The position numbers were made by a program, and so were the translations under genes. 64,000 nt of DNA, taken from NCBI GenBank assembly GCA_963827275.1, contig CAWHAA010000005.1, positions 160,001 through 224,000 on the forward strand. Reading direction: 5' to 3'. Each line of letters opens with the position of its first letter. Within the stretch, counting starts at the first letter, position 1. Origin of the DNA: an uncultured Spirochaetota bacterium (lineage in GTDB: Bacteria > Spirochaetota > UBA4802 > UBA5550). The notes under the pieces are model-generated. The model was not told the origin of the DNA and ran no database searches. It was given only the letters and a program-made list of their open reading frames with translations. Below, one piece after another: positions 19,002 through 26,948 of this stretch.

Positions 19002-21032
19002 TTATTCCTTCCCGCCGCCGGATCCCTTTTCCTGGCTGCCGAGCTGGTATTTCATCCACTGCTTCTGCGAATTTGTCTGGCTGATCGCCTGTTCCATCGC
19101 GGCGAATTTCCTTTTCAGCTTGTCCTGGTATGCTTTTATGTGCTCTTCTTTCTGCTTGATGTTCTCATCCGCAAGCTTGATGGAGTTTTCCTCGAGGTCG
19201 ATCTTCGCCGCGATGATGTTCTTGCCGGACCCGACATACGGCTTCAGGACGTACGCGAGCTTGACCGCCATCCCGTTGTCGGCCTTGCCGTCGCCGTCGG
19301 AATCAAAGCCGAAGAACTCCGCTACCCCGTCCGGGTTATCGGAGATCGTTTTTCTCAGCAGGGCCTCGTCCACCTTGAGCTTGCCGCTCTTGATCGTCTC
19401 CCAGTCGGCGTTGATGGCGCCGGTCGAGACTCCGATCTGCGACAGCATCCTGATCGGCTTGTCGGAGGGGCTCACGTAGGCGTCGGTAATCGTTGACTGC
19501 AGGATGCTCTGCAGCCGCATCAGGGTCATGTCGCCCACAAACAGGCCGGACTGGGAGAGCGCCTTTTCGAATTCCCCCGGCTTTTCCGATATCGCCGCCT
19601 TGGTGAGGTCGCGCTGAAAATCCAGGTACTTGTTATATGCATCCACGAACTTCTTGATCTTATCAACAGGCGCGTCCGCGTTATGCTCGATCCTGAGGCC
19701 TATTTCGTAGTCGGCCACGCGCTTGAGGGTGAGGTCCACTCCCCTGATGACATCGGCCAGGTTGTCGTTCCGGTCGCGGGTGACCTCGACGCCGTCCAGG
19801 GACAGCCGCGCGTCCTTCGGGGCGCCGATCACGTTCTTCATCGCGTACCAGTTCATCGCCTCCTTCGGGGTCGCAATACGCACGTTGGCAACGTCCATGG
19901 CGCCACTGTTGCAATAGAGGATGATCTTGCTTATGGCGCCCTTCTTGAAGTCCCTGCCGGCCTCTATCTTCGCCGTGCCGCTCGCGTCTTTCCCCAGCGG
20001 ATAGATGCGTTCCGTGCGCCGGCCCTTGTCCATCGACACAAGCCCGATCCCGATCAGGCTGTCAAACACCGCCTGGTCCTCTTTCTTTCCCTCGCGCTTC
20101 CGCTCGACGTTGTAGCCTTCGAGTATTATTCCCTTTATATTGATCTTCTCTTTGGGGCCCAGCCTGAGGCGCCTGGGGACCCCGAAATCGTCGCCCTTCT
20201 GCCCGCTGTAATTGACGTCGAATTCGATCATGGTATCCGGCTGGAGCGCGATCTCGACCGGGAGCGCATATTCGCGCCACACGAGGCCCTGGAGGCTCAC
20301 CGATCTCCCGCCGTCGCCGACCCGGATGCTGCCGTTTTCGGCGCCCGCTTTTTTTTCACCCATGTATGAGGTGAAATACCGCGCGTCAAAGGAGACCGCG
20401 ACCTCGGTTTTCCCCCCCTGCGCGTTGCCGTCCACGAGCCCGATCTTCGTGAGGAGGTCTTTGTCGCCGGTGAGCCTGATCTCCCCTTTCTCACCGGTCT
20501 TCTTCGACTGCAGGGTGAGCACGTAGGCGCTCCCGTCCTTGCGGATATATGAAGAAGCCACGAGCTCGGACGCCGTCTCCCTGATCTTTTCTTCAAGGTC
20601 CTTCAGCGTGCCGCCCTTGAAATTTATTGCCTGCGTTGCACCGTCAACCTCGATGGTGAACGTTCCCGCCGGCAGCGTTTCCTTCTCCTCCACCGGGTCC
20701 GTTGACACCTTGTGCGGCGAGGCCAGCTGCAGGATCTTTATCTTTTTGTCGCCGGTGTCGGCCTTCGACCCCGCCTTGGCGTCAAGGGCAGAGCTGTCAG
20801 AGGAAACCGCCTGCTTGTCGCTGAACGAGGAGCCGAAGCCGTAGAGGTCACGCGCAGAAGAATTGACGTCTTCAAGATACCTGCCCAGGGCCTTGAGACC
20901 TTCCTTGCGGTTTCCATGGTTCCTCTTCCTTATTTCAAGCTGCTGGATCGGCCTGGATTCGACATTGACCAGTTTTTCTATGATGGCATCGGTATCCATA
21001 CCTGATGCCATGCCGCTCATCGATATCGGCAT
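19002..21032 (-). CDS. fliD: Flagellar filament cap protein
   Basis: SGMASGMDTDAIIEKL N-terminus, IKKFVDAYN, LSQIGVSTG, KRKFAAMEQA C-terminus. Confidence 0.95.
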   Translation of the reverse strand: MPISMSGMASGMDTDAIIEKLVNVESRPIQQLEIRKRNHGNRKEGLKALGRYLEDVNSSARDLYGFGSSFSDKQAVSSDSSALDAKAGSKADTGDKKIKILQLASPHKVSTDPVEEKETLPAGTFTIEVDGATQAINFKGGTLKDLEEKIRETASELVASSYIRKDGSAYVLTLQSKKTGEKGEIRLTGDKDLLTKIGLVDGNAQGGKTEVAVSFDARYFTSYMGEKKAGAENGSIRVGDGGRSVSLQGLVWREYALPVEIALQPDTMIEFDVNYSGQKGDDFGVPRRLRLGPKEKINIKGIILEGYNVERKREGKKEDQAVFDSLIGIGLVSMDKGRRTERIYPLGKDASGTAKIEAGRDFKKGAISKIILYCNSGAMDVANVRIATPKEAMNWYAMKNVIGAPKDARLSLDGVEVTRDRNDNLADVIRGVDLTLKRVADYEIGLRIEHNADAPVDKIKKFVDAYNKYLDFQRDLTKAAISEKPGEFEKALSQSGLFVGDMTLMRLQSILQSTITDAYVSPSDKPIRMLSQIGVSTGAINADWETIKSGKLKVDEALLRKTISDNPDGVAEFFGFDSDGDGKADNGMAVKLAYVLKPYVGSGKNIIAAKIDLEENSIKLADENIKQKEEHIKAYQDKLKRKFAAMEQAISQTNSQKQWMKYQLGSQEKGSGGGKE

Positions 21033-21413
21033 ATTAAAGCCCTCCCTTGCTTATGTTGGCACTGTTTCTGCATACTTTTCCTGCATCACTATTATCGACA
21101 TAATGTTGAAATTTAATGAGATTATTATAATAAAAACGAAAAATTTATTAACGCGGATAACCGGTGGGATCTCACCTGAAGCAGTAAATTATTGGCCGAT
21201 AACACTCAAAAAATGCTCAAAATTCATGAAATATTGAAGGTTTTTAACCTGGCACGCAGTTTTACACATAAAAAATGGAGGGAATTCCTCTGTAGGAATT
21301 ATTGCTTTCAATAGGCGGTTATTTCTGAAAGAGCATAGGTATCACCCGGGGGCATACCTGTCCCCTCCGAGCAAAAACAGCCTTTTTTTACCGAACCCGA
21401 GCCGCGATATCAG

Positions 21414-21770
21414 TTATCGCGATTCGTCAACCAGCATGCCCAGGAAATCCTGGATGTGCTCAAGGAGCTTGATCGCTTCCTTCGAAGGGATCTCCCGCAC
21501 CACCTCATTGGTCTCGTTATTCATGACCTTGACGATAATCCGCTGGGTCTTTTCATTAAACGAGAAGGACATCCGCTCATGAATGTCGCTCACCCCTTTG
21601 TTCAGCTGGTTCACCATGTCAGATATCTCACTGGTGGTGAGTTCCCTGTTGTTCTGCGCTGAAGACTTCGACACCGATTGCGCCGCGGCGTCCTGATCGG
21701 CCGTCTCGGTCTTCCTTGCGTACCTGCCGATCGCATCGATCGGTTCGTTTGTAACGCTCTTGATGTTCAT
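21414..21770 (-). CDS. flaG: Flagellar protein FlaG
   Basis: IIVKVMNNETNEVVREIPS..GMLVDE; lies between flagellin and fliD. Confidence 0.92.
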   Translation of the reverse strand: MNIKSVTNEPIDAIGRYARKTETADQDAAAQSVSKSSAQNNRELTTSEISDMVNQLNKGVSDIHERMSFSFNEKTQRIIVKVMNNETNEVVREIPSKEAIKLLEHIQDFLGMLVDESR

Positions 21771-21818
21771 CTGTTAACCTCCATGTTAACGGGATAACTC
21801 TCTCCCAACCTCCCTTTT

Positions 21819-21883
21819 AAAAAACAGCCCCTCCCCGGCGTCCGGAACCGGTAGCGCTCCCGTGCCGGCGACCGGAGAGGGAC
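21819..21883 (-). terminator. Intrinsic terminator-like hairpin after the second flagellin
   Basis: Minus strand GTCCCTCTCCGG..CCGGGGAGGGGC followed by TGTTTTTT. Confidence 0.6.
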
Positions 21884-21928
21884 GGGGCGGTCCGCACTGC
21901 GAGGACGCCCCGTGTGAAGTAATGATCC

Positions 21929-22777
21929 TCATTCAAACAGCTTCATGATCAGCTTCGGCTTCGTGTTGGCCTGAGCCAGCATCGCCGCACTTGTCTGAAC
22001 AAGAATCTGGTCCTTTGTGAATTCAACCATTTCAGCCGCCATATCCGCGTCGCGTATCCGGGAATCGGCGGACATCATGTTCTCATATGTGTTTCGCCAG
22101 GGCATTTATCGTATTTTCCAGCCGGTTATAATACGCTCCAAGGTCTGCCCTCTGCCGATTCAGCCTGTCAAGGGCCGTATCGACATACCCTATCATCGCG
22201 TTTGCGCCGGCCACGGTTGATATCGTCCGCTTGTTGTTCCCCTCATTTACCAGGTTGAAGGCTTTCGAGCCGACGGTAGCGATATACACCCTGATCCGCT
22301 GATTCTGATTGGCTCCAACATGAAAAAACATGCTTCCGGCCTTGCTGTTCTTCGCAGAACTCTCCCCGGAGCATCTTCATCCTGTTGAATTCGGCGGAAG
22401 TGGCGATGCGGTCGATCTCGTCCACAAGCTGAGATACCTCAACCTGAATCTGGAACCGGTCGCTGGCTGGAATAAATTCCGTTCGCCGACTGGATCGAGA
22501 GGACTCTGATCCGCTGCATGATCTCGTTAAGCTGCTGGTATGACCCCTCCGCGACCTGGATAAAAGAGAGCCCGTTCTGGGCGTTCTTTTCAGCCTGGAC
22601 CAGGCCGTTGATCTGGGTACGCATCTTTTCAGATACGGCCAGACCGGTGGCGTCATCACCGGCACGGTTGATCAGCTCGCCGGACGAGAGCTTTTCCATG
22701 CTCTTGTCCAGACGGTTCCCCACCTCCGTCAATTGCCTGCTTGCGAATACGGCGCTCATGTTGTGATTGATTCTCAT
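21929..22777 (-). CDS. flaB: Flagellin (FlaB-type), three apparent +1 frameshifts
   Basis: [50 protein letters not shown], spread over four reading-frame segments (shifts near 22467, 22356, 22092). Confidence 0.9.
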
Positions 22778-23041
22778 TGGTTCCCTCCCTTGTTGTGGTC
22801 CGGGCCGCATTGTTGTGCGACACGGCCCGTGTTTTTCAACCGCCCCATCATGGTGCGGCGGGACCGCCCCGCGGTCCGAAGGTTGTCTCCTTGTCGTGCC
22901 GTCCTGACTGCCCATAATCATGACAACACCGGCGCCGGAAGTTCCGACAGCCGGTGATGCCCTCCCCGCATCACCGGCCGCCGGAGCAGCCGGGCGCAGG
23001 ACAGTCGTTCCGGCATCCGGAGGGATGAGAATCGCGCTGAA

Positions 23042-23053
23042 TTTTCAAAGAAC
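23042..23053 (-). promoter_or_regulatory. boxA-like motif between the flagellins
   Basis: Minus strand GTTCTTTGAAAA, matching the rRNA-leader boxA form. Confidence 0.5.
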
Positions 23054-23090
23054 TTTGTTTTCTTTACTCTCGAGATCTGCCTCGGCACCG

Positions 23091-23943
23091 TTACGCACCG
23101 AGTAATTTTAATACTGATTGACCCTGGATATTGGCCTGCGCGAGCATTGCCGCGCCGGTACGAACGAGGATCTGGTTTTTTGAAAAACCGACCATCTCCT
23201 CGGCCATGTCGGCGTCGCGGATCCGCGATTCGGACGCCTGCGTATTTTCATACGCATTCATGAGCCCCTTCGCGGTCATCTCGAGCCTGTTGAAATACGC
23301 CCCGAGATCAGCCCGCTGTTTCGCAAGCCTCTGCAGTGCAGCATCCATGATCCCGATGGAGTCATTGGCACCGCCGGGGGCCGACAGCGAGATCAGCGAT
23401 CTTGCCGGTGCCGTCACGGAACTTGAGGGCCTGTGCCGTCATCGTCCCGATATACACCCGCTCGCGCTGGTCCTTGTTGGCCCCGAGGTGAAACCACATG
23501 CTCGCCTTGGGATTGGTCCGGGAATAGATCCCCGTCAGTACTTTAAACTTGTTAAACTCTGCCTGAGACGCGAGCCTGTCAACCTCATCGACAAGGGCGG
23601 AGACTTCCACCTGTATAAGCTGCCGGTCTTCATTTGAATAAATACCGTTTGCAGCCTGCACAGACAGAACCCTGACGCGCTGGATTATGGAAGAGGTCTG
23701 GTCGAGATACCCTTCGGCGGTCTGTATAAACGACATACCGTCTTCGGTGTTCCTCTCGGCCTGCCGCAGCCCCTGGATCTGTGTCCTCATTTTTTCAGAC
23801 ACGGCCAGTCCGGAAGCGTCATCTCCCGCTCTGTTGATCCTCAATCCGGATGAGAGTTTTTCCATGTTCTTCCCAATCTCCCATTCGTTGAACTTGAGTG
23901 ACCGGTTGGCATTGATCGCGCTCATGTTGTGATTAATAATCAT
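23091..23943 (-). CDS. flaB: Flagellin (FlaB-type), one apparent +1 frameshift
   Basis: [31 protein letters not shown]; second frame [24 protein letters not shown]; shift near 23400. Confidence 0.93.
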
Positions 23944-23985
23944 TTTACACTCCTTTGTGCGAAAAAGTATTCTGGCTTCCATGCT
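23944..23985 (-). promoter_or_regulatory. Candidate CsrA-binding sites in the flagellin 5' UTR
   Basis: GCATGGAAGC and ACAAAGGAGTGT (ANGGA in small stem-loops, the second overlapping the SD). Confidence 0.55.
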
Positions 23986-24142
23986 ACCCGGTTTCGAGGG
24001 CGTCGGAACCGGATGAATACCACCAGTAAAAAAGGGCTGAAGCCTTACGCAACAGCCGGGGTCAGAGACATTCCAGGCTTGCATTTGGGCATATACAAGA
24101 CCGGAATACTCTTTTTACAGAATAGCCTTCCCAGTTTGAAAC

Positions 24143-24155
24143 GTTTTCAAAGATC
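24143..24155 (-). promoter_or_regulatory. boxA-like motif in the flagellin leader
   Basis: Minus strand GATCTTTGAAAAC, preceded by a strong hairpin. Confidence 0.45.
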
Positions 24156-24390
24156 TCGTCGAGTAAAGTAGGGACACGTGTCCCTACTCGAATTTTCGCC
24201 ACCTTTGGCTGCCGGATTGAGGACGATAGGAGGTTGTTATAATATATTATTTTCGTTTATTTGAAAATATGCTTAAATATCTACAAATAATATCTATATA
24301 TCTAATTTTTTGGATTTTTTATCAATTTTTTTAAGTTTTTTAATAAATAATAAAAAATCAGGAAAATAAATAGAGCAACATTAGTCAGTC

Positions 24391-24796
24391 AACAACCGAC
24401 CTTCCGTGTCCTCCGTGGTAAAACATGCAAACAGCACTTTCCCGGGCATGCAATATTCACCACGGAGGGCACCGAAGTCACGGAGCGCTTGCGGCTTATT
24501 TTCATTTGATCGCTCATTCACACTGGAGGCAAATAATCATTACATTTCGGGCAGAATTGAAAGACGCGGCGGCAATTAACAACCGATGCTCCGTGTCCTC
24601 CGTGGTGAAACATAAACACCGCATTATCCCGAGCATTACAATATTTGCCACAGAGGTCACCGAGGTCACGGAGCGCTTGCGGCTTATTTTCATTTGATCG
24701 CTCATTCACACTGGAGGCAAATAATCATTACATTTCGAGCGGGATTGAAAGACGCGGCGGTAATTATCAACCGACCCTCCGCATCCTCCGTGGTGA
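24391..24796. repeat. Tandem 187-188 bp repeat (about 2.2 copies) built from alternating inverted REP-like motifs
   Basis: Units start at 24391, 24578 and 24766; CTCCGTGTCCTCCGTGGT alternates with its near reverse complement. Confidence 0.9.
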
Positions 24797-24872
24797 GTAT
24801 CCGAAAAGCATCCTCCAGAGTTCTTCCATCATGGAAAACACCTCTCAATTGTCATGGGAGCATGAAATTATA

Positions 24873-24901
24873 TTGACGATACCGCTGGAAACAGGTATTA
24901 T
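24873..24901 (+). promoter_or_regulatory. Sigma70-type promoter of panB
   Basis: TTGACG-N17-TATTAT. Confidence 0.6.
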
Positions 24902-24947
24902 CCTGTTATAGCTGCGCAGTATCAATCCATAACAATACGAGGACATC

Positions 24948-25784
24948 ATGAGACTGACCATTTCGTCGATCATGGAAATGAAACAGAAGAAGCAGAAGAT
25001 AGCCATGCTCACCGCGTATGACTTCTCGTTTGCGCCGGTACTCGACGCGGCTGGCATGGATATCATACTGGTCGGCGACTCCATGGCAAACGTGGTACTG
25101 GGCATGGAATCGACCACGGAAATAAGCCTCGACGAAATGATCAACCACAGCAGGGCGGTGGTCAAGGGTACGGAGCGCGCCCTGGTCATCGGCGACATGC
25201 CCTACTGCTCCTGCCAGGTGGACCCCGGGGAGGCGCTGCCGGCCGCACGGCGGTTCGTTGAAGAGGCCGGCTGCCAGGCCGTCAAGATAGAGTGGTTCGA
25301 CCGCGCGATCGAAGTGACGGAGCGCATAGTGCGCAGCGGCATCCCGGTCATGGGGCATATCGGCTTCACCCCGCAGACGGCCGACAAGCTCGGCGGCTCA
25401 ATCGTCCAGGGAAAGGACATCGACACGGCAAAGCGGCTCGTCGAACAGGCAAAGGCGTTTGAAGCTGCCGGCTGCTTCAGCATCGTCCTGGAATGCGTCC
25501 CCTGGCAGCTCGCGGAAATCATAACCGGCCTGCTGAAGATCCCCACGATGGGCATCGGCGCCGGCGCAGGCTGCGACGGGCAGGTACTGGTATTGAACGA
25601 TATGCTCGGTCTCTTCAAGCGCTTCAAGCCCAAGTTCGTAAAAATTTACGCTGACATCTACAGCGCCTCGCTGGAAGGGGTGCAGAGATACATGGATGAA
25701 GTAAAAAGCGGAGCCTTCCCCTCTGAAGCCGAGCGCTTTTCAATGAAGGAAGAGGAGTTCCAGAAGCTCAAGCAGCTTCTCTGA
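24948..25784 (+). CDS. panB: 3-methyl-2-oxobutanoate hydroxymethyltransferase
   Basis: MLTAYD, ILVGDS, GHIGFTPQ, GIGAGAGCDGQVLV. Confidence 0.97.
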   Translation: MRLTISSIMEMKQKKQKIAMLTAYDFSFAPVLDAAGMDIILVGDSMANVVLGMESTTEISLDEMINHSRAVVKGTERALVIGDMPYCSCQVDPGEALPAARRFVEEAGCQAVKIEWFDRAIEVTERIVRSGIPVMGHIGFTPQTADKLGGSIVQGKDIDTAKRLVEQAKAFEAAGCFSIVLECVPWQLAEIITGLLKIPTMGIGAGAGCDGQVLVLNDMLGLFKRFKPKFVKIYADIYSASLEGVQRYMDEVKSGAFPSEAERFSMKEEEFQKLKQLL

Positions 25785-26173
25785 CGATCCTCCACCGCAC
25801 CGGCCTCATGCGGCTCGCGTGGTTCATCGGGCGGTTTTCAGGATTTTAAAAAAAAACTGCTCATTTACAACCGGTAGCATGGAGAAAAAATGGGGGGGAT
25901 ATGAAACATTGTTGTTTGGGTAACACATTCATCCACTTCTGTTTCAAGGTGAAGTTGTTTATGCCACAAGTTGTAAAGAGCAGGATAACATTCTATCTCT
26001 CCCGCACTGATTGCTCATATGCGTGTCTGAAATGATTGTTAACGCTTGTAATATACCCATACTATGAAACAAAAAGCAATCCCTGAAAGTCCTACACGGA
26101 GGTGGGAAAAAACTCGATTATTTTTGTAGGTGAATTCCCCTACACGACTGCTGGGGATAAAAACGAGGTGAAA

Positions 26174-26830
26174 TCAGCGCGCCTGGTCGCCCGACTGGCT
26201 CCATTTGACGGCATAGAGCGCCAGTTCGCTCGAATCCTTTAATTTCAGCTTATCGATGATACGCGAGCGGTACGTTTCAACGGTCTTAACGCTGAGGGAT
26301 AGTTCCTGCGCGATATGGCGGTTTGACAGCCCCCTGCCGATGCGCTGGAACACGTCCATCTCCCGGTTCGTGAGGCTGTCGAGCGGCGAGCCCGCCGCGT
26401 CCGCGGGCAATGCGAGGAGCCTGCCCAGGAGCCTGTCCTTCAGCACATCGCTGACATAGATCTTCCCTTCGAGGATGTCGTGCAGGGCCTTCACCACCGT
26501 GTCCATCGATTCCTTTTTCATGATGTAACCCCGCGCGCCGGCCCTGATCGCGCGCTCCGCGTAAAAGTTTTCATCATGCATCGACAGGATGAGCACGGGA
26601 ATGTCGAAGCGGGACTTGACCGCGGCCGCAAGCTCGATCCCGCCGGCCCCCTTCATGGAGAGATCGGCAATGATGATATCCGGCGCGCGCTCATTGATGA
26701 GCCTGATTGCGCTCTCGGCGTCCTCCGCGTCCCCGCAGACGACGAAATCATCTTCGCCGTTGATAAACGCCGCGAGTCCCTGCCGCACCACGGGATGATC
26801 GTCAACGATGAGTACTTTCTTCTTTGCCAT
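26174..26830 (-). CDS. NarL/FixJ-family response regulator
   Basis: VDDHPVVRQG receiver domain plus LTNRE..LSVKTVETYR LuxR HTH. Confidence 0.95.
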   Translation of the reverse strand: MAKKKVLIVDDHPVVRQGLAAFINGEDDFVVCGDAEDAESAIRLINERAPDIIIADLSMKGAGGIELAAAVKSRFDIPVLILSMHDENFYAERAIRAGARGYIMKKESMDTVVKALHDILEGKIYVSDVLKDRLLGRLLALPADAAGSPLDSLTNREMDVFQRIGRGLSNRHIAQELSLSVKTVETYRSRIIDKLKLKDSSELALYAVKWSQSGDQAR

Positions 26831-26948
26831 GCATCCGACCTGTTTATTGAAAAACAATGGAGCAGAAACTGCCGGTGTCAATACATTTATTCGTCGCCCG
26901 CGGCCTGTCCGGCCGCATGCCGTCGTCGAACCGGGGATCCCCGCCGCG

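Noticed and set aside
21092..21202. Sigma28 promoters around the fliD upstream region (GTCGATAA on minus, GCCGATAA on plus)
   Set aside because: -10 boxes are present, but -35 spacing is off (12 and 14 nt rather than 15), so they were not called
21929..23943. Flagellin pseudogenes or programmed frameshifting
   Set aside because: The same +1 pattern hits glyQ and unrelated genes, and there is no common slippery site; sequencing error is more likely
24391..24796. CRISPR array
   Set aside because: Repeats alternate in orientation, the linkers are themselves repeated, and there are no cas genes
24425..24911. Short ORFs across the repeat array
   Set aside because: Products merely mirror the DNA repeat; no RBS or recognisable family
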